DNA of 33,668 nucleotides, from positions 1-33,668 of the forward strand of contig CAZRNC010000001.1 in the NCBI GenBank assembly GCA_964601285.1, read 5' to 3'. This document shows positions 23,729-32,533 of the stretch, in pieces (positions within the stretch are counted from its first letter, which is position 1; each line of letters starts with the position of its first letter). This DNA is from an uncultured Thermomicrobiales bacterium (GTDB taxonomy: Bacteria; Chloroflexota; Chloroflexia; Thermomicrobiales; CFX8). The position numbers and the translations under genes were made by a program. Below the pieces are notes generated by a model that saw only the letters and a list, made by a program, of their open reading frames with translations, ran no database searches and had not been told where the DNA came from.

Positions 23729-24619
23729 TTAGTCTAACGGCAGCGTTCCGCCACCAGGAACAAACTGCGATTCACGTTCGATCCAGCCGGCATAGTCAAC
23801 CAGTTCATAGAGTTCGGCTCGTGTCAGCATCGTGTCCAGCCAGTCGCGCTGGGTACCAGTCTGAAAGAGTTCCTGCAACAGTGCGCGGGCGGTAAACAGC
23901 ATGGCCCTCATCGCACTGACCGGAAAAATCACGCCGGCATAGCCCATCACGGCGAAGTCCGACGCGGGGATTGTCGGTGTCTTACCAAACTCGGTCATGT
24001 TGGCGATCATGGGCACACCTGAAAAATGGTCGGCAAACTGTGCGAACTCCTCTTCGGACTCCAGCGACTCCGGGAACAACACATCCGCGCCGGCGTCCAG
24101 ATAGATTTCCGCCCGGCGGACCGTTTCATCGTAACCAAGAATCGAGCGGGCATCAGTTCGGGCAACAATCAGGAAGTCAGGCGTTGACCGCGCCTGGATG
24201 GCCGCCCGGATTTTTCCGGCAAACTCCTCCGCGTCGATAACGTCTTTACCCTGAACGTGGCCGCAACGCTTGGGGAACACCTGATCTTCAAGCTGGATCG
24301 CTGCGATGCCCTCACGCTCATATGTTTCAACGGTGCGCATGACGTTAAGTGCGTTGCCGTAGCCGGTGTCGGCATCGGCCAGGACCGGCAAGCTGCTGCC
24401 CCGGGCAACCTGTCCGCTGCGAGCTGCCATCTCCTCCATCGTTACCAGACCGATATCCGGCACACCGAACGTCGACGTGGAGATGACCGCGCCACTCACA
24501 TAGATCGCCTTGAATCCGGTCTCCTCAGCAAGTTTCGCGACCAGCGGATCGGGAGCACCGGGGATCATCGTCCCGCTTCCAGGAACCAACAGCTCGCGCA
24601 AGCCACTCTTCGTTTTCAT
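23729..24619 (-). CDS. Isocitrate lyase / PEP mutase superfamily lyase (methylisocitrate-lyase-like, KRCGH type)
   Basis: PVLADADTGYGN, IQLEDQVFPKRCGHVQGK (the catalytic-Cys loop typical of the lyase members), 296 aa. Starts 6 nt after the upstream stop. Confidence 0.9.
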   Translation of the reverse strand: MKTKSGLRELLVPGSGTMIPGAPDPLVAKLAEETGFKAIYVSGAVISTSTFGVPDIGLVTMEEMAARSGQVARGSSLPVLADADTGYGNALNVMRTVETYEREGIAAIQLEDQVFPKRCGHVQGKDVIDAEEFAGKIRAAIQARSTPDFLIVARTDARSILGYDETVRRAEIYLDAGADVLFPESLESEEEFAQFADHFSGVPMIANMTEFGKTPTIPASDFAVMGYAGVIFPVSAMRAMLFTARALLQELFQTGTQRDWLDTMLTRAELYELVDYAGWIERESQFVPGGGTLPLD

Positions 24620-24625
24620 ATTTCC

Positions 24626-25588
24626 CTACCCCTTATCCAGAATTTCCAATACCGGGGCGAGGGCGTCGATACCCTCCAGTGTATTCGGGTGCAGGTAGAG
24701 CTGGATGTGATCGATACCTTCGTCCGCGAATCCACGTATGCGTTCGGCAATCTCTTCCGGTTCACCGCTCAGTGCATCAGCAGACCCCAGCCGGCGGCCG
24801 AGCATCGCAGCGCCGACGGTCAGCGTTCGGCCCATCGTGGCAGAGTCGCGTCCATGTGTCTGACAGGCAGCGTCGACCGCCTCGCGCATTGCCGGCACCT
24901 GGTCCGGATGACTGCGGCCATAGACCACCCAGCCATTCCACTGGTCGGCGTAGGTTGCGCAAAGTCGCAGCATCCGTGGGCTGCCTTCGCGAGCGCCGAT
25001 AAGCACCGGTATACCTTCCGGGCGCGGCCCTCGGGGGAAGAGTTCGCACTCATGTGCCTGATAGTACTTGCCTTCGAAATTCACCACCTCGCCGCGCACC
25101 ATCGGCACGATGATCTGAAGTGCTTCCTCGAAGCGGCTGACCCGATGATCATAGGGATAGCCAAAGGTGTGGAACTCGCTCTCGTGATTACCAGCGCCAA
25201 GGCCAAGGATGACCCGTCCTCCCGAAATCTCATCCACCGTGCCAGCAATCTTGGCCAGCATAGCCGGGTTTCGGTATGCGGTGCAGGTAACCATGGTCCC
25301 CAACTCCACCCGCGACGTTACCGCTGCAAGCGCGGAAAGCACCGACCAGCACTCCCAGAGTCCAACCGAGTCAGGTCGATCGGCATTGGTATCAGAGCCA
25401 CGGTTCATCGTCGATTCGCCACGCCGGAACATCAGATGATCCACCAGCCAGATGGAATCGAACCCGACATCTTCTGCGTGGCGGGCGCGTTCCTGCATCA
25501 TCTGCCAGCTTGGAGCCTCGCCTCGTCCGGAGGTCCAGTGTTGAAGCACCAAGCCCACCTTCAATGGTCTCCCGGTTGCGGTTACCAT
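24626..25588 (-). CDS. LLM-class F420/flavin-dependent oxidoreductase
   Basis: 320 aa. GFDSIWLVDHL, RVILGLGAG, RFEEALQII motifs. RBS ggaaggaagg before ATG 25588. Confidence 0.9.
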   Translation of the reverse strand: MVTATGRPLKVGLVLQHWTSGRGEAPSWQMMQERARHAEDVGFDSIWLVDHLMFRRGESTMNRGSDTNADRPDSVGLWECWSVLSALAAVTSRVELGTMVTCTAYRNPAMLAKIAGTVDEISGGRVILGLGAGNHESEFHTFGYPYDHRVSRFEEALQIIVPMVRGEVVNFEGKYYQAHECELFPRGPRPEGIPVLIGAREGSPRMLRLCATYADQWNGWVVYGRSHPDQVPAMREAVDAACQTHGRDSATMGRTLTVGAAMLGRRLGSADALSGEPEEIAERIRGFADEGIDHIQLYLHPNTLEGIDALAPVLEILDKG

Positions 25589-25680
25589 TCGTGTACCTTC
25601 CTTCCAGCTGCCCAGAACTACAGCGGGGCTGCCAGCAATAAGCCGACAGCCCCGCGAGTTCCAACCCAGATCAGTAACGG

Positions 25681-27081
25681 CTAGGCTTGGGCACCCTTAT
25701 CGAGCGCTTTCAGCAGCACCTTTGCATCAGGCAGTGTGTCGAGCTCGGCACACAGGGCAATCAGCTCATCCTGCTCGGCCTCGGTGATGCGGCCGGCAGA
25801 TGTCTTGCGGAACTTGGCAACGACCTCATCGTAGGTAACCGGGTTACCCTCGTAGCCGCGAACGGTTCCACGCTGCCGCAGTTTCTCACCATTCTTCATG
25901 GTGATCTCAAGGACTGTGTCGCGAGCGATCGTGCCGCCCGGAGCGTCGTCCAGATCAGGCTCGTGCCGGATGTGGATCTTCTTGACCAGTTCCAGCACCT
26001 TCGGCGAAGCGATCTTCTCCTCGGTGAACTGCTCAATGAAGAGGTCATTCTCCAGCAGCATGATCGAGATACAGTACTGCAGATTCAGCTGAGCCGAGGT
26101 GATGGTTGTCGGCTGGTAGTCGAAGCCAACCGCTTTGTATGAACCCTCCGGCAGCGCAACATCTACCCGCTCGACCTCATCCGGATTGATCTCATGTGTC
26201 TCACGCAGCTTCTTGATCGCTTCCATCGACGGGTGGATCGGGACTCTGGCAGCCCAAACCTTGAAGTTAACGCCGTAGGAATTGAACTGTCCTTCGCCCA
26301 ACCCTTTGCGCAACTCCTCCAGGTCGAAGGTATCACGTGCACCGGAGAAGGCCGACGGGAAGCTGCCGTAGCCGCACTCCATGATGTTGTCGACATTGGT
26401 AAACCCGTGAGCTGCAAGCTGTGCTGCCAGGGTGCCGGAATGTGCCGCCTTGCCGGCCAGCAGGCGTTTGCCCATACCGCCATGATGCGTCCCCATCAGC
26501 CCACCGGTGAACTGCGAGACATTGCCGATGGCATAGACGGACTGGTCGACGTCCAGGTTCAGCACATAAGAAGCAGTTGCCATCGCAGCAAACGCCCCGA
26601 ACAGGCCCGGCCCATGGAATCCCATGGCAACATGCGGAATCCGTCCGCAACAGTTGTTGACGCGTGTTGTGATCTCAACACCGGTGACCATCGCCCGGAG
26701 CAACTCTTTGCCGGAGAGCGGCGCGCCGGCCTCGGCCAGCCCCAGCGCAACGGTGGTGGTTACCGACCCGTTATGCCCGCCAGCGCCGACATCGTCCAGT
26801 TCGAATCCATGCACGCTCGTGCCATTTGCCATAGCGGCGTTTGCCGGCGAAAAGCGCTTGTTAGTGCCCCATACCAGCGACGGACCAGATGCTTCCACAG
26901 CCGTCAGTGTATCGACGATGCGCTCGGTCCACGGAAAGACCGATGCCAACAGTCCACACCCGATCGTATCGAGCGTCAGCATCTTCATCCACTCGGTGAG
27001 ATCATCCGGAATTTCCTCATTACGACTGCTGACGATGTATTCCGCCAGAGCCCGTGTGTAAATACCCTCAGCGCCTGCCAT
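25681..27081 (-). CDS. MmgE/PrpD family protein, paralog A
   Basis: 466 aa. LAEYIVSSRNEEIPDDL..LDTIGCGL N-terminus, GFELDD, HPS motifs typical of the 2-methylcitrate dehydratase family. Confidence 0.9.
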   Translation of the reverse strand: MAGAEGIYTRALAEYIVSSRNEEIPDDLTEWMKMLTLDTIGCGLLASVFPWTERIVDTLTAVEASGPSLVWGTNKRFSPANAAMANGTSVHGFELDDVGAGGHNGSVTTTVALGLAEAGAPLSGKELLRAMVTGVEITTRVNNCCGRIPHVAMGFHGPGLFGAFAAMATASYVLNLDVDQSVYAIGNVSQFTGGLMGTHHGGMGKRLLAGKAAHSGTLAAQLAAHGFTNVDNIMECGYGSFPSAFSGARDTFDLEELRKGLGEGQFNSYGVNFKVWAARVPIHPSMEAIKKLRETHEINPDEVERVDVALPEGSYKAVGFDYQPTTITSAQLNLQYCISIMLLENDLFIEQFTEEKIASPKVLELVKKIHIRHEPDLDDAPGGTIARDTVLEITMKNGEKLRQRGTVRGYEGNPVTYDEVVAKFRKTSAGRITEAEQDELIALCAELDTLPDAKVLLKALDKGAQA

Positions 27082-27130
27082 TCAAAACCCCTACCCTGTC
27101 TATACAACGGTTGCTTGCCGGTCGATGTAG

Positions 27131-28501
27131 CTACGCCCGGAAGAGCGCTGCCAGTTTGCTGACATCGTCCAGCTCATCGAGTGAACCAACCAGTTCGACT
27201 ATCTGGTCCTGTGTCTTGCTATCCAGAACGTGTTTGCTGAAGCGGCGGAACTTGTCAGCAACCGTGTCGAAGTCTGCCGGATTGGTGGCAGAACCCTTGA
27301 AAGTATGGGCTGACAGCGAGTGGACAGTTCCATCGATCGTCACATCCAGCCCAGGTCCGGATTCTCCAGCAGCCTCGATGGTGATTGCCTTCGAGAGGCG
27401 GATGATGCCAGGGTGCTCCAGCACCGAGGGGTCGTACTGCAGTGGGTCATCCAGATCGCGGTAAAACGCCACCGCCGTTGTGAAGGGCATGCTGTACTGT
27501 GCGCCCATTTCACTGGTCGGGGTTGCATCCTGGAACTTCGGCATCATTGCGCGTTCTTCCGCCCGGATGTGGATCTTCTCGACGGAATCCGGATCAAAGG
27601 ACTGCTGTTGTTTGAATGCCTGAATTGCGGTCACGATGGCCTGGGTCGTCATATGTACCGGGTAGGCCTTGACGTTCAGTGTTTCCAGCAACCAGGTGCT
27701 GCCGATCCCTTCGAGAAGCTTTTCGATCTGTGGCTCCGGCGAGAATGCCTGGAGATAGCCGTACTTCCCTTCGATGATCGTGGAAGGTCCGGTAAAGCCC
27801 TTCTGCGCCAACAAAGCACTCTCCAGACCGAGCTGCGATGCGCGGCCAAGGTGCAACCGCTTGGTCATCGAGCCTTCCCAGGCATATTCGACCAGCCCAC
27901 CGCAGTGCGATCCGGCGATGCCGAACGCACGGGTGTGCGTGTCATGATCGAAGCCGAGCAGCACACCAACCGCCGCTGCTGCGCTGAAGGGGCCATTGGC
28001 CGATGGATTGTGGAAGCCGCGTACCGTTTCAACCTTGCCTGTCTGGGCAACGCCGATACGACAGACCACTTCATAGCCGAGCGCTGTGGCCAGAATGAAC
28101 TCCTTCCCGGAGGAGCCTTCCTTTTCGGCGACCGCGAGAGCTGCCGGGCCGACCGTGCCAGCCGGGTGGGATGTATGACCTACGTGTTCCGATTCGAACC
28201 CGCCAACCATGACGCCATTCACCAGCGCAGCCTGGGACGTCGTCATCTTGCCTTCGGTGGCGAAGACGGACGCGTCCTCGACTCCACTTTGCTCGCGTGC
28301 CATCGCGAGGACCATATCTGCCCAAGGCAGTTTGGCACCGACCATCCCGCTTCCGATGACATCCAGCGTGTATTTCTTCATCGCATCGATAACCGACTGT
28401 GGCAGATCATCGTAGCTGGTGCTGCTCACAAAGGACGTAAGTTCCTGGGTTTCTCCCACGGATCCTTCTCTCTTCCTGCTGAACTTTCGAACGATTGACA
28501 C
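27131..28501 (-). CDS. MmgE/PrpD family protein, paralog B
   Basis: 456 aa. LTSFVSSTSYDDLPQSVIDAMKKYTLDVIGSG, GFESEH, family-length. GTG start at 28501. An internal GTG (codon 16), preceded by aggaagagagaagga, is an alternative. Confidence 0.9.
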   Translation of the reverse strand: MSIVRKFSRKREGSVGETQELTSFVSSTSYDDLPQSVIDAMKKYTLDVIGSGMVGAKLPWADMVLAMAREQSGVEDASVFATEGKMTTSQAALVNGVMVGGFESEHVGHTSHPAGTVGPAALAVAEKEGSSGKEFILATALGYEVVCRIGVAQTGKVETVRGFHNPSANGPFSAAAAVGVLLGFDHDTHTRAFGIAGSHCGGLVEYAWEGSMTKRLHLGRASQLGLESALLAQKGFTGPSTIIEGKYGYLQAFSPEPQIEKLLEGIGSTWLLETLNVKAYPVHMTTQAIVTAIQAFKQQQSFDPDSVEKIHIRAEERAMMPKFQDATPTSEMGAQYSMPFTTAVAFYRDLDDPLQYDPSVLEHPGIIRLSKAITIEAAGESGPGLDVTIDGTVHSLSAHTFKGSATNPADFDTVADKFRRFSKHVLDSKTQDQIVELVGSLDELDDVSKLAALFRA

Positions 28502-28510
28502 CCGTAGCGG

Positions 28511-29416
28511 CTATCGGCCGCGCAAACGTGGGTCCAGAACATCCCGCAGCGCGTCCCCAAACATATTGAACGAATACACGATGAGCGTGATCGCCAATCC
28601 CGGGAATAGCGCCAGGTTCGGATTGTGGATCATGTTTGCTTGCGACTCCTGTAGCATTCGGCCCCACGACGGGTACGGTGGAGGAACACCGAATCCGAGA
28701 TAGGACAACGAAGACTCAATGAGAATTGCGCTGCCAATCTGCACAGATGCAGCAATGATGATGATCGGCGCGACGTTCGGAAGGATGTGACGTAAGAGGA
28801 TACGCGCGCTACTTGCGCCGACGGCCTGGGAGGCCTCAACGTATTGAGACTCCTTGATCGAGATGGTGGCACTACGCACGATACGCGATGCCCCGGCCGC
28901 AATCAGGACGCCAAGCGTTATGACGAGCGCTGTCGTGCTTCTGGAAAACACCGCCATGACAAAGATCACAAAAATCAGGCCCGGAAAGGCTAGCCAGATG
29001 TCTATGACGCGCTGAAAAATGAGATCCAGTATCCCACCAAAGTAACCCGAAATCGTGCCGATGATCGAGGCAATGATGACCGCGATCGTTACTGCACCAA
29101 ACCCGATAATCACCGAGGTCCGAGCACCAAAAAGAACACGGCTGAAAACATCGCGGCCCATTTCATCTGTGCCAAAAAAGTGATCGCGCGATGGAGGTAG
29201 CAGCCGATTCGGAACATTGAATTCATCGTAGCTGTACGGCGCGATGAATTGGGCAAAGATCCCGACAAACAGCAGAATGAGTACAATCGCTGCCCCGGTC
29301 GCACCCAGAGGCTTGTTGCGGATGAAGCGGCGTATCGACTTCCACCACGAAGCCGCTCGCTGAGTTTCCGGGCGGACTTCAGACAAGGTACTTACGGTTC
29401 GTTCACTGATAGCCAT
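28511..29416 (-). CDS. ABC transporter permease (DppC/OppC-like)
   Basis: 301 aa. HFFGTDEMGRDVFSRVLFG and YVEASQAVGAS EAA loop. Confidence 0.9.
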   Translation of the reverse strand: MAISERTVSTLSEVRPETQRAASWWKSIRRFIRNKPLGATGAAIVLILLFVGIFAQFIAPYSYDEFNVPNRLLPPSRDHFFGTDEMGRDVFSRVLFGARTSVIIGFGAVTIAVIIASIIGTISGYFGGILDLIFQRVIDIWLAFPGLIFVIFVMAVFSRSTTALVITLGVLIAAGASRIVRSATISIKESQYVEASQAVGASSARILLRHILPNVAPIIIIAASVQIGSAILIESSLSYLGFGVPPPYPSWGRMLQESQANMIHNPNLALFPGLAITLIVYSFNMFGDALRDVLDPRLRGR

Positions 29417-29431
29417 TGCCAGGACCCTCCA

Positions 29432-30385
29432 TCACGAGAACCGGATTCGTGGGTCAATGATGGGGTACAGAAGATCCACGACAAGATTACTGACCACCAC
29501 GAGGATCGCTGCCACCAACACAACTGCCTGAACTACCGGGAAGTCGCGCTGGTTGATTGCTGTCAGAAGGTACGCACCCATTCCAGGTATGGAGAAAATG
29601 CGCTCCAGAACGATCGTTCCGCCGACCAGCGAAGGAATCTGCAACCCTACCACCGTGACAACCGGAATAATCGCGTTTCGAAGGGCGTGGCGAAAGACCA
29701 CTACCCGCTCCCGTAGACCCTTCGACCAACCAGTTCGTACATAGTCCTGCCGGAGGACTTCCAGCATCGTCGCGCGAGTAAAGCGCATGATCGCGCCGGC
29801 AGTACTGGTGCCAAGGATCATTGCCGGGACGGCCAGTGTCCGAAGATTCGACACCGGGTCTTCCCAGATATCCACATATCTGAGCGGTGGCGTGTATCCA
29901 AACCAGATGAAGCCATACGATATGACTAACAACCCTAACCAGAAGTTTGGTATCGCCAGCAGCATGATTGCTGTACTTCGAGCAATGTAGTCTGGAATGG
30001 TGTCCTGGCGGACCGCCGCCAGGACACCGATTGGCAGGCCGATAGCGAATGCAAACACCAGAGCCATCAACCCAAGCTGGAAGGACACCGGCAACCGCAA
30101 CTTGAGGTCTGTGCTGATCGGCCGGCCACTAATGAACGATCGACCAAGATCCCCACGCGCCAAGCCGACAAGCCAGTACCCGTATTGCTCCACCGGATGC
30201 TTGTCCAGCGAGAACCGACTCTCCAGTGACTGGCGTGTCTCCTCGTTTACGAAGGTGGCATTGTCGCCAAGCACCTGATCGATAATATCGCCAGGCAGAA
30301 AGCGCACCGACAACGAGACGACCAACGTGATCCCCAACAAAGTAGGAATCATGAGTGCCAGACGTTTGAGAATATACTGATGCAT
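29432..30385 (-). CDS. ABC transporter permease (DppB/OppB-like)
   Basis: 317 aa. YILKRLALMIPTLLGITLVVSLSVRFLPGD and QDYVRTGWSKGL EAA loop. Confidence 0.9.
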   Translation of the reverse strand: MHQYILKRLALMIPTLLGITLVVSLSVRFLPGDIIDQVLGDNATFVNEETRQSLESRFSLDKHPVEQYGYWLVGLARGDLGRSFISGRPISTDLKLRLPVSFQLGLMALVFAFAIGLPIGVLAAVRQDTIPDYIARSTAIMLLAIPNFWLGLLVISYGFIWFGYTPPLRYVDIWEDPVSNLRTLAVPAMILGTSTAGAIMRFTRATMLEVLRQDYVRTGWSKGLRERVVVFRHALRNAIIPVVTVVGLQIPSLVGGTIVLERIFSIPGMGAYLLTAINQRDFPVVQAVVLVAAILVVVSNLVVDLLYPIIDPRIRFS

Positions 30386-30414
30386 TCAGTCGAACCTATC
30401 GTCGTTGCCGTATG

Positions 30415-32316
30415 CTACCGACTCGACCAATAATTTGGCAACGATTCGGTTGCGCCATTCTGGGTGAACGATTGATAATCCATCGCATTCTCCACCCAAG
30501 GTTGGTAGGCAACAAACGCACCAACTGCCGACCACTGCATCGGCACCTGATGCATCAACTTGCCTTGCTCATTCTGAAGATTGAGGATTCCCTGTCGCAC
30601 TTCTTCCGGGTCGGTCAACGCTCTGACCTCATCCAGCAGACCAAGCAGATGTGGGTCTTGCCAGCGCGAATACATTGCCTCGGTCGGGTTCGTTGTGATC
30701 TGGGAAGCCAGATACTGGAACGGATCCAGCCGAGTCTGGGCGATCCACATCATCCCGTCGAAATTTCCACCAGAGGTACCGGATGAGCCAAGGAACTCAG
30801 TATTGTAATCTTCCTCAACTGCCTGGACCATGATTCCAACCTGTCGCCAGTATTGGATCATGAGTTCGGACATGATCCGGTATGGTTCTCCATAGCGAGA
30901 GCCTTGGGCCGCATAGTGCAACTCAGTCTCAAACGGTCCACCCGCTTCATCAACGAGCGCCCGTGCGGCATCCGGATCGTATCGGAAGTTCGCAGCCACA
31001 TCGGGGTCGATTTGATCACCCTGTGGGTCCAGCCAGTATTCACTGAATGCCACTGGCACGAAGTTGTGCCAGCGCCGCTCGACTTCAATACCTGCTGCTT
31101 CAAGTTCACGCAATCCATACGCGGCATCAAGCAGCGCGTCCCGGTCGATCGCCATCGAAACGGCACGTCGGAGCCGGACATCTTCCCAGAATTCCTCACG
31201 TGGTGAGAAATTGAGAATACTCAGCGGATAGGCGCCCTGCTGATAGACCTGGACGCCGGGAACCTCGTTAAGCACCCGCTGAAGATCTTGCGACTGAAGC
31301 GTGATGACATCGAGGTTGCCGCCCAGGAACTGGGCGAGCTGAGTTGCGTACTCCGGAATAACATTGACGATGACTTCATCGTAATACGGTCGCTCAGGTC
31401 CATGGTGCCATTTATCAAAGCGCTTGAACGTGCCGGCAGTGTCCGGTCGGAACTCTTCCAACACCCAGGGACCAGAACCCACCACCGTGTCTGCTGGATT
31501 GAACAACGTCCCGGTCTCTTCCGGCATGATGAAGAACTGCTTGGGGTCAGCCAGCAGCTGCGGGAAGAATGGATAGGATGAATTCAACGTGAAGACAACG
31601 GTCAGGTCATCTTCGGCTTCAACCGTTTCCACTACTTCACCGATTCCCCGGCCGGTGAGCCGTGTGCCAGCGATGGCAATCTCGTCGGTGATTCCGCGAG
31701 TCCAGGTAGCAACAACATCATTCGCTGTCATTGTTCTGTCTAGCGGTTCGTGGAAGTAGACATTGTCCTTAAGGAATACTCGATAGACAAGTGCATCATC
31801 TGATACTTCAAACGATGCAGCAGCGTCCGGCACTGCCTCCTGAGAACCCTGTGGCACTCCAGGACCGGTTGCCAGCATAAATAGTTGACTATAGGAATAT
31901 GCCGACCAGAGAGACTGCGGCTGGCCACTGCTGACGTAGGGATCGAGACTGGCCGGGCCGGTTGTCTCATAACCTGAGAACGTACCGCCTCCCTGTCCGT
32001 CAGACTCAGGGGCTTCGGTTGCTTCGTCTTCCTCATCCTCTTCAGAGGCGGAGGTTGCTGTCGGTTCGACTTCGTCTTCGTCGTCATCGTCGGTCGCGGT
32101 CGGATCAGCCGCACTGGCAGTTGTAGCAGTGGGATCCGCCGGTGCTTCGGATGCAGTCGTTGCAGTTGGTTCAGGATCGTCGTCATCGCCACCACAAGCA
32201 GCCAGCAATGCAGCAAAGCCGGTGGCGCCAACACCTAGCACCGCTGCCCGCTTCATAAGATTACGGCGACTTAGGTGGGTCTCTGCTAACAGTTCCGGCA
32301 ACGCCTTGTCGGCCAT
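30415..32316 (-). CDS. ABC transporter substrate-binding lipoprotein, family 5, Tat signal
   Basis: ATG 32316 (RBS gaggagag) gives MADKALPELLAETHLSRRNLMKRAAVLGVGATGFAALLAAC. This has a twin-arginine motif plus lipobox, a 70-aa acidic PTAT-repeat linker, then a family-5 SBP core. The track ORF starts 15 codons earlier (32361). Confidence 0.9.
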   Translation of the reverse strand: MADKALPELLAETHLSRRNLMKRAAVLGVGATGFAALLAACGGDDDDPEPTATTASEAPADPTATTASAADPTATDDDDEDEVEPTATSASEEDEEDEATEAPESDGQGGGTFSGYETTGPASLDPYVSSGQPQSLWSAYSYSQLFMLATGPGVPQGSQEAVPDAAASFEVSDDALVYRVFLKDNVYFHEPLDRTMTANDVVATWTRGITDEIAIAGTRLTGRGIGEVVETVEAEDDLTVVFTLNSSYPFFPQLLADPKQFFIMPEETGTLFNPADTVVGSGPWVLEEFRPDTAGTFKRFDKWHHGPERPYYDEVIVNVIPEYATQLAQFLGGNLDVITLQSQDLQRVLNEVPGVQVYQQGAYPLSILNFSPREEFWEDVRLRRAVSMAIDRDALLDAAYGLRELEAAGIEVERRWHNFVPVAFSEYWLDPQGDQIDPDVAANFRYDPDAARALVDEAGGPFETELHYAAQGSRYGEPYRIMSELMIQYWRQVGIMVQAVEEDYNTEFLGSSGTSGGNFDGMMWIAQTRLDPFQYLASQITTNPTEAMYSRWQDPHLLGLLDEVRALTDPEEVRQGILNLQNEQGKLMHQVPMQWSAVGAFVAYQPWVENAMDYQSFTQNGATESLPNYWSSR

Positions 32317-32402
32317 AGGTTCTCTCCTCACGCTTTGCGACTCATGACACACCAAACCCACGGGTCTGGCTGACCATGTGGGTATGGCAGTATCTAAAAT
32401 CC

Positions 32403-32431
32403 ACTATAGAGTTGGTTCCAACACATGTCAA
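32403..32431 (-). promoter_or_regulatory. Candidate sigma-70-type promoter of the minus-strand operon
   Basis: On the minus strand: TTGACA (32431-32426), 17-nt spacer, TATAGT (32408-32403), about 85 nt upstream of ATG 32316. Sequence match only. Confidence 0.45.
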
Positions 32432-32533
32432 CACTGAGATGCATGATCCTCGCATGCTAATGAATTTCCTCGTTGGATAGCCACATTTTGCCGCCATTTG
32501 TTGTCGGCAGTTGTTCAGGCTGTTCACCCGGAT

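Noticed and set aside
24257-25684. 475-aa plus-strand ORF, and similar long ORFs at 26194-27162 (+), 27320-28498 (+), 5523-6590 (-), 2114-2977 (+), 16304-17032 (-) and 10374-11093 (+)
   Set aside because: Each lies antisense to, or out of frame with, a gene that has clear family motifs. Their translations are Arg/Pro/Gly/His-rich with no recognisable domains. This is the usual shadow-ORF artefact of GC-rich DNA.
31984-32193. Short tandem DNA repeats that could be mistaken for a CRISPR-like or VNTR array
   Set aside because: The periodicity is imperfect, in frame, and lies inside a well-supported coding sequence (the acidic PTAT linker of the SBP). There is no repeat-spacer architecture.
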